NCBI RefSeq assembly: GCF_000485595.1
Contig: NW_014577062.1
Coordinates: 1,491,326 to 1,528,195, forward strand
Length of the DNA: 36,870 nucleotides
Source of the DNA: Priapulus caudatus
Taxonomy: Eukaryota
Reading direction: 5' to 3'
Shown here: in pieces, positions 1 to 12,400 of the stretch
How positions within the stretch are numbered: position 1 is the first letter of the stretch
Layout of the letters: the number at the start of each line of letters is the position of its first letter
Notes under the pieces: model-generated
The model's input: only the letters and a program-made list of their open reading frames with translations
Told to the model about the DNA's origin: nothing
Databases searched by the model: none
Translations under genes and position numbers: made by a program

Positions 1-269
1 ATGCGTTTTATGCGCGAGCAAGGGGGTGTCCGGACTCCATGGACCCGCCCCCCCCCTGTACACGCCCCTGCTCGGGCGCAAAGCGACCGAGCGGGGGGGA
101 GGGTGTGGGAGGGGGGTGTTCACTGTTCACCCTCCCGCACGATGGAGATTTTGCAATTATTACAAAAAAATGGAGCGACCTGAGGTGAAATTCTTGCAAA
201 TTAAAAAAAAAAATTTTGTTTGGGGGGGGTTCGTTTGAACCCCCCGAACCCCCTCTGGCTACGGACCTG
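1..269. mobile_element. 3' portions of nested hAT-like MITEs
   Basis: Ends ...TACACGCCCCTG (70) and ...GGCTACGGACCTG (269), i.e. CAGG-type termini with G/C-run hairpins, similar to the element at 12570-12872. Confidence 0.5.
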
Positions 270-484
270 TAGCTTATTATAATATAGGCCTACTGAGTCT
301 GATATTTTCTTAAACTAGAATCACACTGAAATTGTCTGACCGACTCGCATATTACAAGTAGGATTAGTATTCGTTTATTATATCTAGAGGCTATTTCGTG
401 ATTTATAAATTACATTATCTGTTAACAGTCACAGGTCGGACAACACTGAGCAGAGTGAGAGAGAGAGAGAAAGAGAGAGGCAAG

Positions 485-3400
485 ATGAACCAGAGCAATG
501 TCATAACATTTGATAGAAACGATTATGGTTTCAACCACCTATCTACAGATGCACAGCAAGTGTGGAAATTTATTGTTTCTAAACATGAACAAATACAAAC
601 AGAACGTCATTGTGGTAAAGTTATGGCTACAGATCCAGTAAACTCTCGTCCAAGGCAGACTGTTGCAAGAGGATGTTACTACCAAAACGTCTACTGGCAG
701 AGTTTCGGGAATTCAATCAACACACCAAGCTCTGTTAATGGCAGAGGCTCTCTTCTAGGTTCTGAAACACATAAATTTATGTGTAACGATGTAACCCCAA
801 TCCAAACAGCTAAGTCAGTTCCCATAGATAAGGGGAAAACCAATACTTGCATTAATCTCATTCATGTTAATCAAATAGACGAAGGACAAAACTATGGATC
901 GGGTTCTCAGTGCAGTTATGTTAACCTGGGAACAAATGTGAACATTCAGGAAGCTAATACCTTCCAGACACATTTACCATTTCAGATGACATCTTCTGAA
1001 ATTAATGATAGTGTACAGTTAGATTCCGAATGTGGAGAGACGAGTGAAACCGGTGAAGTATGTGCTTTAACTCAGGACCAACCTGATGGCTTGCTATCTA
1101 TGCCTATGCCAGAAGCCCCCTCTGTTGCGCAGAGTACAGCAATGATAGAGATTGCTCAGCAGAACAGTGAGAACAGCAACAATCTAGAAATATCACCACC
1201 AATGTCCTCTAGATTTTCTGCCATGCATTCAGGTGGTGTGCAATCATTTGAGCAAGAGTTTAAAGATCAGATCGACAGGAGGGCCCCTCGTAGACGGCCG
1301 CATAGTGACAAAGTTTGCATAGATAAACCTGCTGTGATGGAAGAGCATGCCCTTATTTCATCTCAGGTGGATTTGTTGGGCAGGCCTTCCTGTGTATCCA
1401 TGATTGCAAACAAAGTTAGAAAGCTACATGAGGCAAGGTAAGGATAGTGAGGTTGGTCACAGTTTGGTGACATTACGAGTTCAAGTGTGTGAGTCATGCA
1501 TCAACCAGCCACACACTTTTGGTATTGCAAACTAACAGCACATATTTTGCAAAAAATAATGTATGATAAATTAATAAATGATAGTATATCACGATTTAGA
1601 AAAATACATCAGCCCTTTCTTCCACTGCAGTATAATGTGGTTCATGCATGAGCAGTGAAGCTGAAACGCGTTTATAATGCATTATTGTGTCAGATTGTTT
1701 CAGAGCCAAAAAAGTGATCAGAACCAAGCAGCAGTATGCAAAAAAGTTGCAGTGACTTCTTTCACTGCAAAAGGGTTTCGGACTCCCTTCAAATTACCAA
1801 CACCAAAGTCTGCTGGCAGCTGCAGTCGAGATGATACTGCCACTGCGAAATTCAAGGTTACACATATATGATCAAGAGTTAATGAGAGAAAGGAGTTTGT
1901 CTCATTAACTCCTGATATGATGACAGCTGAAATTCACGTTTAATATTGTACATACTACATAAAATTCAACATATTTAACGCACATAATTTTAAATTTTCA
2001 CACAGTTTTAATCAGGATCATCTAGGCCTAATCAGGCATGTATAGAAGACATGTATGTATGTTAGTAAAACGTAATGATGATATAAGTATAACCAACCTT
2101 AGGGTTAGATTCAGGGAGATCTGATGAAGGGGGCTATAGGAAGGGGGAAAGAACACTTAATGAGAACGTGAGTTCCCCTTTACTCGGGCAGGATTATTAG
2201 ATCATGTAAAAACTGTAGTAGTAAAACTGGCTCTCTAAAAATGTGCTATTCGAATTCGAACTGGTCTAAAAATCCCAAAACTGCCCCTAAACTGTATACC
2301 ATGTTACTGTGACAAGGTCTAGCAGTGATTTTGCTATAGATAGATAAACCACAAAATTTTTAACCATATAGTCTATATACTATGGTGATGTTTGCGTTTG
2401 GTGTTGAGTCACAGATTATCTCTGCTTTACAGACGCCTACCACACCAGTTTCTAAAGGTAGCATTGGCTTTGTGAATGCAGCTATCATGAGCACTCACCA
2501 ACAGGAAAAAATGCTGGAAGAGATAGCTGGGGCTGCAGAAATAATACTGACACTCCTTTACCATGATGGCTCATCCCAGCTCCGGGAGAAGATTGGTGTT
2601 GGAGACGAAAAAGTATTGCCGTCATATTATATAGATTTTTTCTTTCCAAGCGAGAAAATATAAAATTAGAGAAATATAAGTAAAGAGTGAAGAGGTCAAA
2701 CAATTGTTATATTTGGGAAATATGTATTCTGTTAAGCATCTAAGTTCATTGCAGACTTCTGCGCAAATTTTGAATGAGCTTGCAGTCAATGATTTTTTAG
2801 ACAACAGCTTGAAATAGTCGTAGTACAGCTGGTTAACTCTCTATGGTTAACTCTATGGTTAACTCTTCTATGTTACGTGTAACATAACGTATTAAGTGGA
2901 TTTTTCTGTCGGGCGAACTCTCCTTGCTGCCATGAAGCCTGTTAGATTGGCCTTCTCCATCACTTTTAAAAGAAATGAGGAAATGCCTTTTTCACTGGAC
3001 AAAGAAACAAGATTCTACACAATACCCTTGCAGAACAGAGATATGCAGATGAAAAAATGGGCAAAGTATATTTATCTATTGTGTAGTGGAATTTGGTTAC
3101 AATGGATATAACTTTCAAGCTGCAATTCCTATGTACTCTATTATAAACTATATTTTTTTCCATTTTGATATATGTAATTCCACAGCTTGAAAGATGAGTA
3201 ATTTTTGACTTTTCCTCTGGCACAGACAGTGTGTGTCCACACTGATGGCCGCTGCTTCAACCAAGCTGTGCTTTGATGCACAGGAGCTGATGTATACAGT
3301 GATCACAGAGCTTGGCTGTGACCAGAGACAAGCTGTTCTAAAGTGGTCTGTTTACGACCCACGAATAGGTATAGCATGCAAGCATCTTTCACAAAAATCA

Positions 3401-6400
3401 GAAGAAAGCTATACCTTGAATTTTTCGGAAAATTTTCCTGGCATCATGCCAGCAATGGGGGTTTATATGCGTTAATGCAGTTAGATTACGTCAAAACGCT
3501 TGACAACTGCACGTGCAACAAGAGAATTCTTCTGCTTGAAGTACCTCTCTGCTTGTTTAATTACACTCAGCTCACCTACACATCAGTTATTGACACATTT
3601 CAGGAGCGTGGCTGCTAGACCCTGATGAACCACAGGAAACTTTCTCAGCTACAGCTGAGGTGCTAGGAGTAAAAATGAGCAAGTAAGGCAACAAACTACT
3701 AGCATATAAAGCCACAAGGTGATATGATAAGGCATATATATATATATATATTTATTTATTTATTTATTTATTTATCTTCTTGTAATTACACGTACGTGCA
3801 AACATATTAATGAAAAATATTCTGGCTGCTTTGCTTGCAGGTTTGACATGATGTCGTCAGATGAGTTGTTAAAACAGGATATGATTGCACTCACGCAGGT
3901 CGTCAAAGTTTTGTCTGAAAAGCTGAAGCAACAGAGTCTCTGGGATCTATTTACCCTTGTGGAAATGAAGCTTTGCCCTATTCTAGCCATCATGGATCGC
4001 AGGTGAAAGTAGCAAGCTTCCTATGTATGTTTGAAGATAACGACCTGTATAAAACATCAGAGACGTGGCATAGCCTATGTGAACGTTTTATTCAAAATAT
4101 CATATATCAATCCTATATTTTGTATACTTGAGGTTATATTATGGTAATGGGATGCAGTATATGTTATGCAAATGCTGCATTATACAAGATCACACTAATA
4201 CCTATGGTATTTGCACATCCCAGACGAAAATAATATATAATGACAGAGAAAACTCTCTATTCAATGTTTTGAGTAAAATGTCTTGATTATTGTGTTATAT
4301 CCTCATCGCATGCAACATACCACAAAATTGCTTTCAATAGGGGAATAAAGATGGACACTAATCACCTGTCCATAGCATCTGCGACTCTCCAACGAGGAAT
4401 ATCTGACGTGGAGAAGGCAGTTCATAGCGCAGCAGGGCACAGTTTCTTGATCAGTAGTCACGTTCAACTGAGGCAGGTAAGTAAATGATGTTTCTTGCTC
4501 GATCACTACAAATAAATTATTTTTCTCGTTCTACCCTTCTTGTTATCTAATCTGCATTCCATATCCCTTCCACATTGCTCACACACTATTTATATCTTTC
4601 TTCTCTATCTTTCTCTCTCTCTCTATCCTCATTTCTCTCCCTATCCATTTTACTAAGTATATATCTCTATACATGGACATACACACACTAGCATGCACAC
4701 AAAGCACACATATATTTCATAGACTCGATTTTTTCTTGCAGGTTATATTTGATGAGCTAAAGTTGGATGAACAGCTCATTACAAAGAAAGCTTTGAAGAT
4801 GACAGCAGTGGGAAACCTGAAGTCTACATCTGAGTCTGTGGTACTGCTGTTGTAATCACAATGCCAACACTAACCCATGTCAAAAATGTGAAGTTATAAA
4901 TACTAGTATATTACGTTCATCATTCATTGGACACTTTCCTCAATTAGGCCCTACATACTGCCCCAGAATTCTGCCAGACAACCTGGTTGCAATGTTCCCA
5001 GTTTTCAGTGAACCCATTTGTAAAGCGTAGAGCATTTAAAGTTTCTTTGTCATTGCACAGCTTTGGATGATTGTTGTTAAATAACAGTATTATATGACCT
5101 ACCTCTGTCATTTTGTGCTTACTTCGGCAATATTCTCAAAATTTATTAATACATGCTTGCGTTGTTACATATGCTCATGATTTTTCACCTTATTGCTACA
5201 AGTTTATTGCTTAATATAGTGTGTGTTGCGTGCAGTTGCAGCAGCTTGCTGATCTCCACCCATTACCACGATTAGTGCTGGAGCATCGACGCCTAAGCAA
5301 GATGAAGTCCACATACGTCGACGGCCTACTGACACATGTCAAAGATGGTTGCTTGCATATTTCTTGTTTCTAATCATTGTGGATAACAGTGGAAATAAAT
5401 ATTAATGTGGTGTACTCTTAGCAGCTTTTCTTTGTCACTGAAGGTCTAACCCATTATGGATATGCATCAAGGAATCTATCGAAATTTTAAAAAGTATAAA
5501 ATCGTAGATGTCACGTTTTGGTTTCGTTGACACTTAATTGTGACTTCCTCTGTCCTGTTGGATCTATAGCTGTAACTATTTTTTCTCTGGTTATCTAAAA
5601 ATAACGTGATTCTCCCTGAAGCAACAAAGTTTGTACAAACAATTAACTTATTTATGTATAAGCTATAGTTTAGTTATAATAGTGCGAAGATACTAAGCAC
5701 TATATTCCGGTGCTTTATTGCTCTTTCAGGCTACCTGCACACTAACTGGGAGCATACATCAGCAGCCACTGGGAGATTGACATCTGCCAATCCCAACATC
5801 CAGTCTGTGCCGAAGGAACCGCTCGTATTCACGAATCCTGGCCAAGGATGTGATGCCTCACGAGAGGTGACGATGATGGCCAGAGACGCGTTCGTCAGCC
5901 ACGAAGGCTACTCCTTCCTTGCTGCAGGTTTCCATCCACATTAATACGATGTCGTACAATATATGCTCTCATCTCTTGCTATATATAGGCGCCGTCCGTT
6001 ACACCTTTATCAAGTTATATATATTCACAAATGCATACAGCTTCCATGACAGCCATATTTAGGACTATGGTCATACATCACTTATATGACATCACGTCTA
6101 TATCACGTGTATAGATTAAGCAGTGTGACGAGTGTTGGCATGCGTATAGGCACCACTATAGTTTTTAGTTATAAGTGTCAATGATAATATAGGCCTGCCA
6201 TTTGCTCTTTTGCAGATTTTCAGCAGGTGGAGTTACGATTGCTGGCCCATCTGTGTGCTGATCCTGTCTTGCTGGGTTTGTTTGACTCATCAAAATTCAA
6301 CCAGGATATCTTCATCCAGCTAACATCACAATGGTGCGATTCTATAGTGATACAGGAGCAGTGGGTGCCACTTTATATGGGGGGATGGTAATGATCGAGT

Positions 6401-9400
6401 GCTACAGTAGGAGGGGTGGCCTTGCACGAGGTGGAGAGGTGGTGGCAGCCTTTACGTGACTGGGGGTGGGGTGAGGTGCAGGCCTGACATGGGGAGGAGA
6501 GATGCCAGGTCTGACATGAGAAAGAGAGGTGCCAGACCTGACATGAGGAGGAGAGGTGGTGCTAGGCATGGCAAGGGGAGGAGAGATGGTGCCATGCAGG
6601 CCTTGCATGGAGAGGGGTGGTGCCAGGCCTGGCATGGAGAGGGGTGGTGGCAGGCCTTGCATGAAGAGGGGTGGTGCCAGGCCTGGCATGAAGAGGAGTG
6701 GTGCCAGGCCTGGCATGGAGAGGGGTGGTGCCAGGCCTTGCACCGAGAAGGGTGGTGCCAAGCCTTGCATGGAGATGAGTGGTGCCATGCCTTGCATGGA
6801 GATGAGTGGTGCCAGGCCTGGCATGGAGAGGGGTGGTGCCAGGCCTGGCATAGAGAAGGGTGGTGCCAAGCCTTGCATGGAGATGAGTGGTGCCATGCCT
6901 CGCACGGAGAAGGGTGGTGCCAGGCCTTGCATGGAGATGAGTGGTGCCAGGCCTGGCATGGAGAGGGGTGGTGCCAGGCCTTGCATGGAGATGAGTGGTG
7001 CCAGGCCTGGCATGGAGAGGGGTGGTGCCAGGCCTGGCATAGAGAGGGGTGGTGCCAGCTAGGCCTGGAGGGGAGGAGAGCTGGTGCCAGGCCTTACATG
7101 GAGAGGGGTGGTGCCAAGCCTGGAGGGGAGGAGAGCTGGTGCCAAGCCTTGCATGGAGAGGGGTGGTGCCAGGCCTTACACGCGGAGGGGTGTGGGTGGT
7201 AACCCTTACACGGAGAGGGGTGGTGCCAGCTAGGCATCACATGGAGAGTGTGTAGGATGCCAGTCCTTATCCTGACTGTGTGGTCATGTATAGGCTTGGG
7301 ACCCCAGAGAGCCAGGTGACCTACAGTGATAGGGAAAGAACAAAACGTGTTGTCTACTCTGTCATGTACGGAATTGGGAAAGACAGGCTGGCCGGCTACC
7401 TGAACATGGGCGTGGAAGAGGCCAAGGCAATCACAAACAGCTTTTTAGGTAAAGGAAGATTAAGTCTTTTGCTACTAAACTATGTATACGTACATTTGGT
7501 GGTAATTTTTGGTGACTATATATTCCAGGCTATACGTGGCTAGTGTTATATGGTATCATTCAATTCGATGTAGGAAAGTTCAGAGGTGTTGGCCAATTCA
7601 CTCAGAAGTGTGTGAAGCAGTGCAGGTTACACGGATATGTAACAACCATCTTCAACAGAAGGCGCATAATACGTCACATTAGATCCAACAATTACTTGCA
7701 GAGACTGCAGGCCGAGAGACAAGCTATGAACTTTGCTGTTCAAGGTAGAGATGGGATTTATAATGAGAGATTGCTCTTTCTGTTTTAATTATAGTTTCAC
7801 AGTCACTTTTGTGTTGTTTACACCATATACGGCATAAAATTCCTGGCTATCAGCATTCTCAAGACCATATATGCTACCTCAACTGTAACATTGTCCATAC
7901 CATGCACCATCAAATGTAGCAGTGTACATACCATGCTCTCTCAAATGTAGCATCATCAAGATAATGCTTCCACAGCTGTAGCATTGTCTATACCACATGT
8001 GGTCACAGTTGCAGCATTGTACATACCATGCTGCCGTTACTCAAACTTGCACATAGGCTCAGCAGCTGATATCTGCAAGACGGCCATGATAGCAGTAGAG
8101 AAGGCGCTGTGTGACAGACCAGAGCTCCGTGCCTCGATGCTTGTGCAGATTCACGATGAGTTGCTACTGGAGGTAGCAGACGATCACCTAGCTAGTGTTG
8201 CAGGTAACAGTTTATGTATAACCTCTATTCTATTATATATGTTATTATTTCATATATTTTTTATATATAAACAGCCCCTGTCTCGCATGTATTGGGCATA
8301 TTTACGAGTGGTGTGATAAGAAAAATGTCTATTGTCGTGTTGAACACGTGATAATTATACGCCCAATGTGCCCAATCTTCCTATCCCAGTGGGCACACGA
8401 CGTTGTTTCAACGTTGAATCTTGGTTGAAACTACGTCATGACGTCGATCAACGAGAATACGACGTTGATTCAACGTCGAAATGTAGAACGTCTATTCAAC
8501 GTTGAAACTGACGTTGTTTCAACGTTATATATTGGTTGAAATTAGGTTGCGTCTTTACCCACCAAAATACAACGTCTATTCAACGTTGAAATGTACAACG
8601 TCTATTCAAACCCTTCCTATACTCCTAGACTTTGACCTGTCCCTCCGCCCTGAACCACCACTATGCACTCTAGCTATCTCTTCCTATACTCCTAGACTTT
8701 GACCTGTCCCTCCGCCCTGAACGACCACTATGCACTATATCCCTTCCTATACTCCTAGACTTTGACCTGTCCCTCCGCACTGAACCACCACTATGCACTC
8801 TATCTTTTCCTATACTCCTAGACTTTGACCTGTCCCTGCGCCCTGAACCACCACTATGCACTCTATCCCTTCCTATACTCCTAGACTTTGACATGTCCCT
8901 CCACCCTGAGCTAAGCACTGGAAATCTATCTTCTACACTTCTAGATTTTGACCGGTCCTGGTGTCCCGAACTACCACGAAGTGTATACCTATCTACACTC
9001 CTAGATTTGGACCAGTCCCTGCTTCCTGAACTACATCTACCAATAGGTGCGGTCTCCCTGCTAACACCCACACTACTCCTGTCCTCTATTCTTTTACTCT
9101 CCCCTCTTATCTGTTCTGGCGCTGCATTAACTTTTGTTGGAACACATGGAAGGGATACCTCTTCTGTTAAAAAGCAAATATTGTACGTATGATTTCTCAT
9201 GTAGAGTAATGCATTAATGTGATGCATTCTTCAATATATGCAATGGGTGATCACTTTTGAAATTCACATTCTAGTTTTATTGTTAAACTAGTGGAGGATC
9301 AATTATTTTTTCTGCATATTTAATATTATACATAAAATACCAAACCCAATTCTTAACATTTATATATCAAGTAATCAAACAAATTTGACCGAGGCATTTA

Positions 9401-12400
9401 GCATCAAACTGATCCAAATCCTCAGCCCTGGATATTATATTTTACACTGGTGTTGGTCTTTTCTTTCATAGCTTGACTAATTAATAAGACTACCGGAACA
9501 CATGCTTCCATATGACAGTAATGAGATTGTCCTTCATAGAATATTAAAAAAAATATATCCCTAGCTATTTCGGGCACTTGACAGGAAAAGATCACTCAAG
9601 AAATCATACTGTTTGTATAAGTTATTTATACATTACCTTAATAAGGCAGCCACTTATTCAAGTTGACTAGTTCTGATAACCCATCAATGAGTGTAGGTCA
9701 TAAGACGTTTATACATAATTTACTGTGCATGAGCAAATATCTGAACTACTTGATTTGAATGAGCAGTTACTACTGTAAATTATTACTCACCTTCCAGTAC
9801 CTTTCCATCAGAAACTTGCTTTGTCTTTTCTATATCTTCACTAAAAGATACATCACCTGAATACAACAAAATAAAAATAAAAACTAGCAGAATGTATGTA
9901 TGTACATGTATATGCAGTGGTATTCAGTGTAGTGTATGAAAAAATAAATAAAACTTAGTCCTAACTACACAAATGCAGAATTCAGATACACACCTACTAA
10001 AAACCCGAAAAGCCAGTATAAAACATGTTCTGAGCATGCCCTTTCAATACTCCGGATAGGCTTACTGTAATAAAACATGTATAAATGATACTACATGTAC
10101 GTACCCATTTGATAACCTGGATAGAGTTTCTTTTTCATCTTTCTCTTTCTCAAAGGATCTGTACCACACTCTTCTTCAGAGCTGCTCAGCTCAGCTGTTG
10201 TGGTGTGATCATAAATTTCACACTCCTTTTTCTTCTCTAAATACAAAATAAATAAAACATGAAACTAGGGTGTTCTACATGTATTCAGAAACTTGTCACC
10301 ATTGCCTTCACAGCTGGACAACAAGCCAAAATATCAAGAGTGCAGTGGTCATTTTAATGATTATTACTTTCCACCAATAGCATACAACAGCATATACTAC
10401 ATTTGGATATATGCATACATGTACATGTAGTATAAAGTGTTTTATTGAGCCCAAAATTACATGACATGTTTACTATCTCGTTGACTAAAAATACATGTAG
10501 AGGGTCGGTTAACTTTAAATGCAAAATGAACAGAAATGTTGATTTTACTGCACCAGAAGTATCTGTGGGGTTTGAAATAACCACTTATCCACTTGTCTCT
10601 ACTAAGTTCATTGTCAGGCAAGTGACAATTTACTTTTTTAATTTCTTGCCATCCACACAGAACTCATAATTTGGGTACCATTTTAACTGTGAAATGGCTC
10701 TGTTTTTGAAGCACCATCAATGTAAGATCAGATTTCACTGTTCAAACAAAAATATGAAGTAGAAGCTTCTGACCAGAAATCACACATGTATGCTTTCATA
10801 GAGTACATTGCATGGTCCAGAGAAGATTCTAACCGAGAGCAAATGGAAATGATAGATGCGAGTTGATTTCTTTAATTAAATTGCCACTCAGGACAAGTTG
10901 GATAGAATGTTTTTTCAAAACCCTGGTCAACAATTATTGTCAAGTACAGAAAACATGCTCTAGAGAAAGCACAGTTTGGTTTCTACCATCTGTATACAGA
11001 TATCAGATACATTTTAATTTTCAAAAGAGGAAACATTAACCATGAATTCTCTGGCAACTGTTGTGTTTTCATGGCCTTCGTGACTCAGTCATTGGGCCAG
11101 TATACAAATTTTCCCTTTATCCAACAGGATGGCAACACATCCTCCATCTCCTAATCATCCTCCAGCCAGACAGCCCTAGCCCAAACAGCCATTTTCTACC
11201 TGAAAATTAATACAAAAATGTATATTGTAATATTCATGTAACTGTACTATACAAATTGTTCTACATGCACATGTATGCAAAACATACATGCACATTTGTA
11301 TTTATTCAATATAACTCGACAAAGTATTTCTCGACAGGTTTCTACATTTATGCCAGCGTGAAAATGAATAATTGTAGAAATAAGCAATGTAAATATGTTT
11401 AATGAACAGTATAAAATAAATTATTGTCCTGCATGCAATTTTTTCTTTCATAGTAAAATTTAGCCTACCCTGTACGGATTACTTAGATTTTGAGCGGATT
11501 TGCTCATTTGTGAAGGAACAAATCCGTACGGATTAGTCCTCAAACTGGGGAAATTCGAGCCCTGTATTAAACATATACCACTAGGTGCATCTCTAAACAA
11601 CTAAATGTACTGCGGTTAGTGCATTGTATCAATCAACTTACATCAATTTATTAACTAAATACATCTAGAGGATACCTCAATCAATATGAAAAGCGTTTTT
11701 AGATATAAATTAAGGTAATTATAAAGAGACCGGTTCGTTGTAAAACTTGGGGACCGCGCGAGATAAAATGTACCAATGTTTTATGAATTTGTAGGAGACT
11801 GGTGGAAAGTGGAAAAAATGAATTTCGTCCGCCGTCTGTGAGTAACGATCCTACATGTCCATGACAAATTTCACACAAAAACCAGGAAAAACACTGATAC
11901 AGTAGGATGCATGTGTACGCCTCCCAAATTTTAAAACTTATTATTCTTATTTTTAAATAAGAAAGGATGCAAACGAAGCAAACACACCAGAATATAACTG
12001 AAAGGGTGGGGAAAATGTAAATATTATATATTTTGTAAGAAAATGTTAACAATATAGATGATCACATAAAAGGGGCACTTGATGTGTTAGAGTTACCGCC
12101 CATGTTTCTTGTCAGGAAAAAAATGGCGACAGACATACTGGTATAAACAAGCTTCGCTCCCTTCTTCGAATCATTACTCGCAAACGATACATTTGTTTTC
12201 AAAGATATTTCACAGAAATACTCTCTGATATCTCTTGACGGCTAAATATGAGGAATTTTGAACCCACATGGCCGCTATTTTCCAAACCGATCGCTTAAAC
12301 TGTGCGGACGGTCGATCGTAAAACTGCGGTCTATTTGAAATATTGTGCGTTCCTCAAACAATTATAGCGATCTAAAAGTAAATCAAAGTCAATAATTTTG

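Noticed and set aside
2896..2937. Alternative POLN exon 4 start at 2897
   Set aside because: Needs a weak donor at 2596; the acceptor at 2937 has a better pyrimidine tract and matches the phase-0 donor at 2613.
6402..7255. Repetitive ORFs (MPGLAPPLS / GWCQAWHGE)
   Set aside because: By-products of a stop-free 27-bp minisatellite lying within POLN intron 12.
5730..8203. Bacterial Pol I, phage polymerase or POLQ
   Set aside because: Intron-rich, no helicase or 5' nuclease domain, and POLN-type motifs (DGSSQL, DPRIGAWLLDP, TKRVVY).
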